Position numbers and translations under genes: made by a program. A stretch of DNA of 42,923 bases. Origin: Octopus sinensis (Eukaryota). The notes under the pieces were generated by a model. The model ran no database searches. It was not told the origin of the DNA and was given only the letters and a program-made list of their open reading frames with translations. Positions 10,816 through 23,204 of the stretch are shown piece after piece (positions within the stretch are counted from its first letter, which is position 1; every line of letters starts with the position of its first letter). The stretch covers positions 1 to 42,923 of the forward strand of contig NW_021835328.1 of NCBI RefSeq assembly GCF_006345805.1, read 5' to 3'.

Positions 10816-11078
10816 CTTCCTTCCGTAGAAGAAAAAATTCAAATCGGAACATGTTAACACCAAAAATTATTTACATCAAAAAGGTGCTTCTTTTTCTATG
10901 AAAATCCCTATTTTTTACGATTTTTTGACTACTGTGTCGCCATTTTTCGGTGTATTTTAACCAGAACAATGTTCACTTAAAGAGAATAACAAGCTACATG
11001 ATGCCAATTTTTATTTTTCAAAAATTCCAGTTCTAAAGGGTCGAATCAAACCCGAGCAACGCCGGGCGATACTGCTAG
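10816..11078 (+). mobile_element. Non-autonomous Helitron 3' portion
   Basis: Ends with the hairpin CCCGAGCAACGCCGGG (11051-11066) followed by CGATACTG-CTAG|T, the same 3' terminus as 16219-16250. The 5' boundary is uncertain. Confidence 0.75.
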
Positions 11079-11357
11079 TATGTAGATATATATGAATGCA
11101 TACATATATGTTAATGTGCGTGCGTATATATGTACGTATATATGTGTGTATATGTATATCTGTGTATCTGTTACCATATATTTGAAATATACACAGGTAC
11201 ACCCGCTGAGAGAAGCGACAGAGAGAGAGAGGGGGGGGCGAAATAAAGTAGATCAAAGAAATGAGAAAACGCGAAAGAGGAAAGGAAGAGATATTAAGAG
11301 ATGAAAGGGTGAAATTAGAGAGACAGAGACAGCGACGAACAGAGACAGCGACAGACA

Positions 11358-11400
<43 letters not shown>

Positions 11401-11544
11401 AACCAGGAATCTAGTATGATAACATCAATAGCGAAAGTAATGCAAAGAATTTAGCCACATCAAAAGTGGGTAGCAATGCCGTCGTCGCTGTACATGCCCC
11501 GTGGTCAATGTGGCGTCCATTTCGCATTATATTCTCATCATACT

Positions 11545-11680
11545 TAGCTGCGTGGTGAAGATGCTCGATGTGCAACTACGTGCCTACCGGGTTCAATCAC
11601 GCTGCGCGATGACACGTTGGGAAGGTGTCTTCTATTAGATCTCCAGGACGACCGATGTCTTCTCAGTGAATTTTGCTGGT
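11545..11680 (+). mobile_element. Degenerate tRNA-derived SINE (family A-like) 5' part
   Basis: TAGCTGCGTGGTGAAG...GGGTTCAATC...TTGGGAAGGTGTCTTCTATTAG resembles the head of 41437-41600. Confidence 0.6.
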
Positions 11681-12193
11681 GCCACAAATTGCTGGCCGTT
11701 AGATTTTAGAACTATGATTCTATACTATTGTGTAAACAAACATGGCCGTATTCTGCGTTAAATTAAGAAGCTGTGACGAATGAAAATTTTGTACATAATA
11801 ATTATGAGCGATAAGCCTACAAGAGTCCACCGTGTATTGGCTATTTCAAATAGTCTAATATTCTAATAGTCTAATAAACGTAGTCTGTTAGACTATATAA
11901 AATAGTCTAATAGACTGATAATAGTCTGATATTTTCGATGGAAAAAAAAGTGGGTATTGGTACGCATGGGAAGCGAACCCACAGTGCTTATTTTAGCGAT
12001 AATGCATGGGCCAATTACACCAACTTACCTACCAAATATCTTCTCTCTCTCTTCTCTCTAGCTCTCTCTCTCTCTCTCTCTCTCTACATGTGTGTGTGTG
12101 TTTAATATATATATATATATGTATATATATATAGATATAAATATATTATATATATGTTTATATAGTATGTATATATATATATATATATATATA

Positions 12194-12224
<31 letters not shown>

Positions 12225-12286
12225 CATGTACATGTGTTCGTGTGGTGTGGGTGTTTGTTTATATATATATATGTATATATATATAT

Positions 12287-12361
<75 letters not shown>

Positions 12362-12799
12362 TTCTATGCTGTATCTATGTGACCTGCCGGGAAAACGCCA
12401 CTCTCAAACACGCATGCACACATACATATATAATGTCAGATGTACGTATGCATGCGTGTGATAACCGTGTGAGGTTTAAGGTAAGATTAATGTATATACC
12501 TAATCCTTTATTTGCACTTGTCTATGTAGTACATAATTCTATTGTATCCCCGTGTTTTAATCCGCATCCTTTGCATTATTACAATTCCCTCGCTAATCCC
12601 CCCCCCCCCACCATTGAAATTGCAATATATGATGCGTTCGGAAATAACAGTCCATATAAGATGCGGAGACGCAGTGGGTAGCCTTAAAAACATTTTGTTC
12701 AGAGAACTATCTGTGCTGGTTGGTACCAAGAGGCAGAGATGTATAAGTATCACTCTACCTGACTATTTTACAAAATTATTACATTTTGAAAATATATAT

Positions 12800-13400
<601 letters not shown>

Positions 13401-13621
13401 AGTTTTTGTGCGTGTGTGCATTGTGTGAGTGTGGCTGTGTCTATGTATTTGTGTTGACCACCACCTCTTCACAACCGATGTTATTTTATGTACGTACCGG
13501 TTTCAACTCTGGAAACTGATACAACAAACACCAGACAGGAACACGAAAACCAAATATACGCTCTACTAAAAAATTTTCGAGGCGGTACACCAGTGCGACC
13601 GTTGTACATTAACTGAATGAA

Positions 13622-13653
<32 letters not shown>

Positions 13654-14726
13654 AAAAAACACACTCAAAAAGATAAACCGCAAAATATGACCTAGTCATA
13701 CAATATTAGCAATGGAGGTTTAGAGAAGCTTCTACAAGACAATGAAATTTAAGATGGCGTAATGTAATATGTTCCGCTTTGTCAAGGAATTATCCGTCAA
13801 AATCTTTTGACCTTGCTCTTCGCTTCTGTCTCCTTCTCTCTCTCTCTCCCCTTCGGTTTTACATTCTTGTTCTTTGTATCTCAATGTTCTTAGATACACT
13901 TATGTATGCGTCTATGCCTCTTGACATATTTTCAACCCAGCTGAATATGTGTAGAGTGTACATTTCCAAACTGTCTTTTTGTGTGTGCATGCATGTGTGT
14001 ATATAAGTGAAAGTATATATATATGTATATATAAATATATATATATGAAACTCTATAGATATATATACATATATCCATATATATATACATATATATATAT
14101 TTATATATTTACATACATATGTATATATTTGAAGTATATATATATTATATATATATATATATATATGCAAATGCTTTCATATATACACACAAAAAGCAAA
14201 CACACATACATACATGCATACATATATGTATGTATGTAGATACATATGAATGTATGTATTCATAAGCTTGTATACACTCACAAATATAGTTATAGGAGTT
14301 ATATATGTATGTATGTATGTATGTATATATATATATTAATATTATTATTATGTTTACTAATCAATATTCGTGTGTATAAAATGTACATTGCCTAGAAATC
14401 ACCAAATACATACATATGTATATACGTGTGTGTTTGTATGTGTGTGTGTGTGTGCGTGTGTGTGTGTGTGTGTGCGCGTGTGTATTTGGTGATCTGTACA
14501 CAATGTGAATTTTATACACACGAATATAGATTAGTAAACGTAATGCTAATTGCGTGTATATTATACGGGAAAATAGATTAATCACTATCGATATGCATGT
14601 ATGTATATATGCACACACACACACACACACACAGATATATATGTATGTACGTATATATACATATGTATATATATATATATACATCAACTGTCCTACATAT
14701 TTTTCAGAGATACAATCTCGTATGCA

Positions 14727-14786
14727 TATCATCATCGTCGTGATCATCATCATCATCACCACCACCATCATCATCACCATCACCAC

Positions 14787-14824
<38 letters not shown>

Positions 14825-15232
14825 CCACCACCATCATCATCACCATCACCACCATAGTCATCATCATTACGGCCATCATCATCATCATCATCATCATCAA
14901 CAACGTCAGCATCATCATCATCTCCATCCCCCTCCTCCTCCTCTTCATCATCATCAACATCCTCATCATCGTCATCATCATCATCATCATCGTCGCCATC
15001 ATCATCATCATCATCATCATCATATCATCATCATCATCATCATCATCATCACCACCACCATCACATCATCATCATCATCATCATCATCATCACCACCCCC
15101 ATCACATCATCGTCGTCATCACCACCATCGTCATCATCATCATCATCATCATCATCACCATCATCATCATTATCACCATCATCATCATCATCATCATCAT
15201 TATCATCATCGTTATCACCATCGTCATCATCG

Positions 15233-15282
<50 letters not shown>

Positions 15283-15382
15283 GTCATCATCATCATCATC
15301 ATCATCCTCATCATCGTCATCATCCTTCTCATCATCGTCACCATCATCATCATCATCATCGTTCTCATCAACGTCATCATCA
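14727..15382. repeat. (CAT)n microsatellite
   Basis: Direct inspection. Confidence 0.97.
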
Positions 15383-15797
15383 AAAGCCTGTCTGCCATCG
15401 CGGTAAAGAATATAGGATCAGACAATTCGCTGACTGGCTCAGCACTTAATCCCTGCTGGGGTAACTAGGTCACTCACCCCACATCAACCCACATCCACAC
15501 AGACATATATATATATATATTGAAGAGAGAGAAAGAGACATACATACTTGCACAGCCTTTTATACTTATATTACACAGTCACATACGCATATACATACGT
15601 GCATGTATACATACATATATGCATATAATATGTATATATATCTATATATATATATATCATCTAATATATATATATTATGTATATACACTCGTATATATAC
15701 ACATTAAGGTATACAACTCTCTAGCGTGTATAAAATGTATCTTTATTATCTATCAGTGCATATCTCTTATATATATATACTATCTTGCATATGTATG

Positions 15798-15836
<39 letters not shown>

Positions 15837-16218
15837 GTGTGTGTGTGGTTGTGTGTGTATGTGTGTGTGTGTCCCCCGTACCAATATATGCATGTATATA
15901 CAAATATATATGTACATATGTAGTCGTATATATTTATATATTATTTATATTATTATATGATTGAACGTTAGCATCCATTTCTAAGTGAGTTTTATCTATA
16001 CATATATACATATATACAGGTATGTATGTGTATACGTAATATACACGTCTATACCCATATACACACATGCATATATATATATATATATATACGTGTGTGT
16101 TTGCATGTGTGTTTGAGAGTATGTAAGAGTGCAGTTCTTGTGAACGAGAGTAAGTGGAACATTTTCGAGAATTACACACTTTGTTAAAATACATCCATTT
16201 TATTTGTTTATTTGTTTA

Positions 16219-16616
16219 CTAGCAGTATCGCCCGGAGTTGCTCGGGTTTGTAAGGGGAATAACTATATAAGCATTTTTAGAGATGTAAAGTATAATAGCC
16301 ATCTCAATATGGCTAACCAGAAAGGGGGGTGTTACTGTAGCTTTTAACGTTCTGAGATTTAATAATAGATTTTTAGAGAGTTACTTCCCTTATATATGCC
16401 AAAAATGCATTAAAAAATGGGAAAAATTGATGGTAAATGTTTTTTTTTAAATCATAGACTCATCGTAGACTCGCGCTAATACCCAGAAGGGCTCGATATG
16501 AATCACGACTATAAGATACCCGGTTTTGGTTACACTGCACCGCAAAATGTGGGAGTAGTTAGGAATCTAAATCGTAGGAGACAGACAGCACACAACCTCA
16601 CTTTTATATATTTAGA
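16219..16616 (-). mobile_element. Complete non-autonomous Helitron (398 bp)
   Basis: The minus strand begins A|TCTAAATATATAAAAG (16616) and ends with the hairpin CCCGAGCAACTCCGGG then CGATACTG-CTAG|T (16219). These are canonical TC...CTRR termini inserted between A and T with no TSD. Confidence 0.88.
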
Positions 16617-16920
16617 TTTATCTATTTATTTATTGCTCAGGACGCAATCATTTTTGTGAAAGATGTATACTAATGCGAGACTGGAGGCACGTTTATTTGC
16701 TTCATCAACCGTCTGTTTATCTTGAAGAAACATAATTATCTTGCCGAACGAAATATATCTATTAATTCCCATATATTTACATACGATATATCTTGACCTG
16801 CTTTGCAGTTCATTCCGTTTACCATAATATCACATACATACATTTATGCGTATATAAATAAATAAGTACATATATATATATATATACGTGCGTACACACA
16901 CACACACACATACATATATA

Positions 16921-17127
16921 GGGAGAGTTTACGAAAAAAACAAATGACGAAGACAAAAGGTGTACAAAACAAACAGATGTATTAGTATAACGCTCAGGAA
17001 CAGAAAAAGTCTTTTACGTTTCGAGCCTACGCTCTTCTACAGAAAGGGACACAGAAAAAAACAAGGAGACAAACAAGGAGGGAAACAAAATGTGTGAAGT
17101 GGCTAACGATCTATCATGGCGACTGAT
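16921..17127 (-). mobile_element. ~200-bp non-coding repeat (family E) between (TA)n tracts, carrying a hammerhead-like motif; probable Penelope-type terminal repeat
   Basis: Homologous to 39329-39514 and 40961-41144. All copies are flanked by TA-rich microsatellite. Confidence 0.75.
17010..17046 (-). ncRNA. Minimal hammerhead-like motif (core variant CUGUAGA)
   Basis: Minus strand CTTT-CTGTAGA-A-GAGC-GTAG-GCTC-GAAA-CG-TA-AAAG: stem I is paired, stem II is a perfect 4 bp and stem III is the palindrome ACGT. Confidence 0.55.
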
Positions 17128-17154
17128 ATATATATATAATATATATATTATATA

Positions 17155-17198
<44 letters not shown>

Positions 17199-17429
17199 AT
17201 TGCAGATAGAACTTTAAGGAGAGAAAGAAATTTGAGACGTACATAACATACAGAGAAATTAGAATAAATAAGGGATACACATTTACATTATCAACTTCAT
17301 TACCTTACAGCCGTTTCCGTTTAAGGATGCAATGCTTGCAGCTCCGATGAAGCGACAACAATCATACTCAGGAATTCAGCTATGTTTGGTATACATCATA
17401 TACAAGAAACAGCCGTAAGTCACCCAGCT

Positions 17430-17617
17430 GGCTAAGCGAGCAGGCCAACAGAAGAAAGTGGGAGAGAAGCTGTGGCGAAAGAGTACAGCAGGGATCGCCA
17501 CCACCCCCTGCCGGAGCCTCGTGGAAGTTTTTAGTGTTTTCGCTCAATACACTCGCAAGCGAAACCGCGATCCTACGACCGCGAGTCCGCTCCCTAACAC
17601 TGGGCCATTGCGCCTCC
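17430..17617 (-). mobile_element. tRNA-derived SINE family C, internally deleted
   Basis: The reverse complement GGAGGCGCAATGGCCCAGTGTTAGGGAGCGGACTCGCGGTCGTAGGATCGCGGTTTCG... matches 38172-38370. Confidence 0.85.
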
Positions 17618-17808
17618 GTATATATATATTATATATATATTTATATATATATAATTTTTTATTTTTAACTTTTATATTTTTAAATTAATTTTATGTATTG
17701 GATTAAGTCTTCTTTGTTTGATTTGCATAATAGTGGTTTTGTCTCTAATTAATATTATATATATATATATATTACATACATATATAATATATATATATAT
17801 ATTATATA

Positions 17809-17840
<32 letters not shown>

Positions 17841-17848
<8 letters not shown>

Positions 17849-18698
17849 TTAGCAATTAAGGACAACTACTTAATAAGGAAAACCTTAACAAGAAAATTGT
17901 CAGGTAGATAGCGTAAAAACCTCATAAGAGAAAAAATTTTCGAAATAATTATTTCTTATTGAACATATTAATTTATATATAGAGGGCATTAATACATACA
18001 TGCCAGAAGGCATTATAACCTACATGCCAAACGCTAAGAGGGACAATTAGTCATTTCTACCAAATATTACTAATCCCACCGAATGCAATTTTTCAAGTAA
18101 GACATTTAAAAAAATATAGACCTGTATCACAGTGATTTCATACTTACGTACTCACGCATACTTACGCATGTATGTATAATGCCTTCTGGCATGTATGTAT
18201 AATGCCCTCTATATATAAATTAATATGTTCAATAAGAAATAATTATTTTCGAAATTTTTTTCTCTTATGAGGTTTTTACGCTATCTACCTGACAATTTCT
18301 TGTTAAGTTTTCCTTATTAAGTAGTTGTCCTTAATTGCTAAATTTTTATTCCGAAAAACTTTTCCTCTCCCGAAATGCAATTCGTAAAAGTTTGCCATTT
18401 ATCCGGATGTAATATATGTAAACTCACCCATGTGCTTCGTTGATGTTGATCAGTTAGCTGATCGGCTTAAGCGGGGCAGGGTCGTTGTTTATTCATAATA
18501 CATTCAGGCCTGCTGATGAGTACGTAAGTATGAATCACTGTGAACAGGTCTATATTTTTTTAAATGTCTTACTTTGAAAAATTGCATTCGGTGGGATTAG
18601 TAATATTTTTTGGTAGAAATGACTAATTGTCCCTCTTAGCGTTTGGCATGTATGTATAATGCCTTCTGCATGTATGTATAATGCCCTCTATATATAAA
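17841..18698 (+). mobile_element. Hammerhead-containing non-autonomous Penelope-like/retrozyme-like element: 480-bp unit with terminal direct repeat plus 5' inverted copy, in (TA)n
   Basis: Forward A(18166-18349)-B-C(18517-18645)-A'(18646-18698), while 17841-18154 is the reverse complement of C+A. Hammerhead at 18506-18551 and (TA)n on both flanks. Confidence 0.8.
18506..18551 (+). ncRNA. Type I hammerhead ribozyme motif
   Basis: AGGCCTG-CTGATGA(18513-18519)-GTAC-GTAA-GTAT-GAA[A]-TCAC-T-GTGA-[T]A-CAGGTCT. The bracketed bases are missing here but present in the inverted copy (18119-18154: GAAATCACTGTGATACAGGTC). Stem I is 7 bp, stem II 4 bp, and stem III near-palindromic. Confidence 0.75.
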
Positions 18699-18784
18699 AT
18701 ATATATATATATATATATATTTATACATATATGTATGTATATATATATATATATATAATATATATATATTTATACATATATATG

Positions 18785-18908
<124 letters not shown>

Positions 18909-19467
18909 ACATTGTGTGTGTGTGGCGTATGTGTACGTGTGTGTATAACAATAGAATGTAGTTTGGAGGAGATTTCTGTGCTTATTTCAAGCTGATCTCG
19001 CCATCATGCGAAGATTTCCAGCGTTGAGGGATGGTGAGGACGGGGTGGCGGAAGATGTGTGATTGTGCGTGTATGTGCGTGTGTGTGTGGGTGTGTGTGT
19101 GTGTTGCTATCAGTCTGGGTAGATTAAGGGTAGGTGTGCATGTATGAGAAGAAGAAAGAGAAGTCAGAATCGGGTGTGCATTGTGAGGGAGTGAGTCTCC
19201 CCTCTGCGTGTGTGGAGCGGGGTATGATTTTTCTGGTCGACCTGATTAAAGAGACTGGGACCGGATTGACCGAATTCTCCAGATGAAAGTAAGGATGTGT
19301 TGCGGTGGGGTGGCGTCTGAGGTGTTGTTGGGTGTGTGCTGGCGAAGGGGTGCGTGTTTGGGGGGTGGGAGAGACCGTGCTTTGCCCTCCGTCGTATGTC
19401 TGTGAGAAACATCACAGGTGTCTGTGTGGCAAGGAGTGCGTCTTTGGGTGCCTTTTCATGTATTTAT

Positions 19468-19470
19468 GCG

Positions 19471-19523
<53 letters not shown>

Positions 19524-19983
19524 TGTATGTGTGTGTGTATGTGCGTGTGTGTGTGTATGTGTGTGTGTATGTGCGTGTGTGTATGTGTGGGTGTGTGTGT
19601 GTGTGTGTATGTGTGTGTGTATGTGCGTGTGTATGTGTGTGTGGTATGTTTGTGTGTGTGTATGTGTGTTGTATGTGTGTGTGTGTATGTGTGTGTGTTT
19701 ATGTGGTGTGTGTGTGTGGTGTGTGTGTGATGTGCGTGTGTGTGTGTGTTGTGTGTTGTGTATGTGTGTGTGTATGTGTGTGTGTATGTGTGTGTGTGTA
19801 TGTGTGTGTGTATGTGTGTGTGGTGTGTATGTGTGTGTGTATGTGGTGTGTGTATGTGTGTGTGTATGTGTGTGTGGTGTGGGTGTATGTGTGTGTGTGT
19901 ATGTGTGTGTGTATGTGTGGTGTGTGTGTGTGTGTGTATGTGTGTGTGTGTATGTGTGTGTGTATGTGTGTGTGTGTGTGTGT

Positions 19984-20015
<32 letters not shown>

Positions 20016-20020
20016 TGTTT
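19468..20020. repeat. (TG)n microsatellite
   Basis: Direct inspection. Confidence 0.97.
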
Positions 20021-20389
20021 GTTTGTGCGTACATATGTGCAAGTGTGTGTGTCTGCTCGTGCGTGTGGTTGTGTCTGTGTTTGCTTGTCTGTATAAACAT
20101 ATGTGCGGGTCTGTCTATGTGCATATATGTATGTGTATACATGCGTGTGTGTGTATATAGTATAGTGCAGAGCGTGATGGATCTAGTTTCTAAAGAAGGG
20201 GAGACAACCCGACTAAAATAGAGGGCGAGAGAAGTCATGGAGGAAGAACGTGACAGAGTAAGACAACAGGGTCAGAAAAGAGAAAGGGAGAGAGAGAGAG
20301 GGGGAGAGAGAGGGAGAGAGAAGGAGAGCGGGAGTGTTAGGTAAGAAATTCAGTGGTGGTGAATGTGGGGGTGGAGGTGGTGTTGATGG

Positions 20390-20940
20390 TGGTAATGGTA
20401 GAGATGATGGTAGCGGTGTTGGTGATGGTGGTGGTGGTAGTGATGGTGGTGGTGGTGGTGTAGTGGTGGTGGTGGTAGTGATGTTAGTGGTGGTGTGGTG
20501 GTGGTGGTGGTGGTGGTAGTGATGGTGGTGGTGGTGGAGTAGTGGTGGTGGTGGTAGTGATGTTAGTGGTGGTGTGGTGGTGGTGGTGGTGGTGGTAGTG
20601 ATGGTGGTGGTGGTGGAGTAGTGGTGGTGGTAGTAGTGATGTTAGTGGTGGTGTGTGGTGGTGGTGGTGGTGGTAGTGATGGTGGTGGTGGTGGAGTAGT
20701 GGTGGTGGTGGTAGTGATGGTAGTGGTGGTGTGGTAATGGTGGTGGTGGTGGTAGTGATGGTGGTGGTAATGGTGGTGGTGGTAGTGATGGTGGTGGTGG
20801 TGGTGATGGTGGATGCAGTAGTAATGGTGTTGGTGGGGATGATGGTAGCGGTGTTGGTGATGGTGGTGGTGGTGGTGGTGGGGTGATGAAGGTGGGCATG
20901 GTTGTGGTAGTCGTAGCGGTGATGATGGTGGTGGTGATGC
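20390..20940. repeat. (GGT)n microsatellite with ~60-bp higher-order unit
   Basis: GTGATGTTAGTGGTGGTGTG recurs at ~20478, ~20557 and ~20636, and GGTGGAGTAGT recurs three times. Confidence 0.9.
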
Positions 20941-21330
20941 TGAGGATAATATTGCATATTGCTGACGGTGGTGGTCGTTACTACCCGTATTGTACCCAGG
21001 TAATATACACAAACATACATACATACATACACATATATATGCATATTATTATATATATATATATATTATATATATATCTATATATATATATATGTACAAT
21101 AGGGTATGTGATTAAGAGAATCTCAGTGAAACGGGGTGGGTTGATGCAGCAAATCAAGAAAGGGATTATGATTTACATACGGGTGGCGGGTATGACGCAA
21201 TAAAGGGTGTCTTGTTTCATAGCAACGTAAAACAATCAAACCAACACTCACCCACCCACGCATCGCGAGCGCTCATTAATTAATTGTATAATTATATTAT
21301 GTAAGGCTTCTATTTTTGTAATTAGGTCTA

Positions 21331-21549
21331 AAGCGGTGGCGGGGACGCAACATTGTCGGTGCGCCGAACAAAATGCTGAGAGGCATTTCTTCCGACACTT
21401 TGTGTCCAGATTTTATATTCTTTCCGGGTCACTTTAGCCTTTCACTCTTTTCCAGGTCGATAAAATAAGTACCAGTTATGCACTGGGATCGATATAATAG
21501 ACTTATCACCTCCCTAAGACGTGCTGGCCTTGTGCCAAAATTTGAAGCC
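21331..21549 (+). mobile_element. Degenerate SINE family B
   Basis: GCCTTTCAC..GGTCGATAAAATAAGTACCAGTTATGCACTGGGATCGATATAATAGACTTA matches the family B core at 37270-37342. Confidence 0.7.
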
Positions 21550-21584
<35 letters not shown>

Positions 21585-21659
21585 CATCATCATCATTATT
21601 ATTATTATTATAATTATTATTATTATTATTATTATTATTGTTGTTGTTATTATTATTAT

Positions 21660-22186
21660 TGAGTGAGAGAGCAGTTCATGCCATCAAAGTGACACTGGGG
21701 TAAAATATACGAAGCCCAATATACCCATCATGACTACCCGTCTGATAAGGGTACACCAGGCACATGCATCACAACCATATGTGCGCGACTTGGTGATCAA
21801 GATAAACAGCGCATGACCTTGCAGGTAGGGCCCAGTTAGAATTTTCTTCAGGTTGAATAGCCCATCCAGCTCAAAAGGTCCCTGCATAAGGGTTGTTTAA
21901 GGATGTTGAACGAACCACCCATGTTTCCAGAGGTCCCCTAAGAATCCCTCTTAACACACGGCTATGACGCTCCCCCACTACTTCTGCTCGTGATCAGAGA
22001 TGCACATATCGTCAGCCACTAAGGGACATAATCAACTGGTTAAGGTCAAACAACAGCCAAGCAAATCTGTGGTATTGAGCAGAATATTTGCTGTAGCCCA
22101 TCTTTTATACCAAGACAAAACAATGTACATGATAACACTTCCAATCAGTTAAGATCAGAAGCCATGAGAGCCACTGCCTGGTACTG

Positions 22187-22189
<3 letters not shown>
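21660..22189 (-). mobile_element. ~530-bp non-coding element inserted in (TAA)n, copy 2
   Basis: Homologous to 5885-6440, with (TAT)n at 21551-21660 and 22188-22268. Confidence 0.85.
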
Positions 22190-22268
<79 letters not shown>

Positions 22269-22574
22269 CTAAAAATTTTTGAAAAAAAAGCCGCAATAAT
22301 TATGCACCAACCCAATACTTAAAACTATTTTATCGCAAAAAAAAATATAATAAATAAAAGCCAGACACACAGAACGGAATAGTATCCCCGGCTGTGTACA
22401 AAATAGGCCCTAGTTATCGGTGTTTAAATTAACTAGTTCCAACAATGAATAAATAAATAAATAAATGGATAAATGGGATTCCTTATTGATGGCCAAAGAG
22501 TGGTTTCATCATCGAAACAAATCAATGTCTTGGTAACTGTCCACAGACAAAAATAGAAAACAAAAACAATAATT

Positions 22575-22800
22575 TAAAATGGCGTCCAAAAATTGTTATC
22601 TTCACAGATAAATCAAAAAAATATTTCCTCCGCAACCAAGCCGGACATTGTAGTTATTTTGGGAGATCAAACAAAGAATTTAGGGAAGATTGCCTACTAT
22701 TGACAAGACAGAGCTGGAACTGGTGTCATAATATTTATGGTTGGTGCTTGTAATAAAAGAAGGTGTTTTCGTCACACGTTCTCTAATCAAATTGGCAACG
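22575..22800 (+). pseudogene. Possible highly decayed Tc1-like transposase fragment
   Basis: The pieces KWRPKIVIFTDKSK, EFREDCLLLT and GTGVII occur in the order of the Tc1 W..VIFSDESKF / C..PT / GGGSVMVWG motifs, in different frames. Confidence 0.35.
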
Positions 22801-23204
22801 GAACATATTACAACAAAGATGTTTTGTTTTGAAAAAGTCCCTTTGCTTCTCTTTAAACAAGTTTTAGGACAACAAAACGAGAAACGGCTCAATGAGGTCG
22901 CTTGATCTGCTGAAAATAGTAACCATGTAACTAAGATTTGTTTTCGATATTCAAACCCTATTTTCTTATATAAGCGCATGTACACAATTATATACGCAGG
23001 TTCCTGCACTCCAACACTTATAAAAATATATATGCATGCATGTCTGTGAGATAATTTGATTTGCTATAAGTAGCAGCTAAATTTCACTCAGATAGTTTTC
23101 AACACACACACACACACATATATATACACAAACACACAAACGCATACACATACACACATGTTTATATGAACATATATATGATATATATATATATATATAT
23201 ATAA

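Noticed and set aside
17300-17425. CCGATGA...GAAACAGCCGTA as a full hammerhead
   Set aside because: The core is mutated and there is no convincing stem I or stem II, so it is kept only as a half-motif note.
19163-19295. Possible exon ending at the donor-like AA|GTAAGG (~19289)
   Set aside because: There is no polypyrimidine acceptor upstream and no recognisable peptide.
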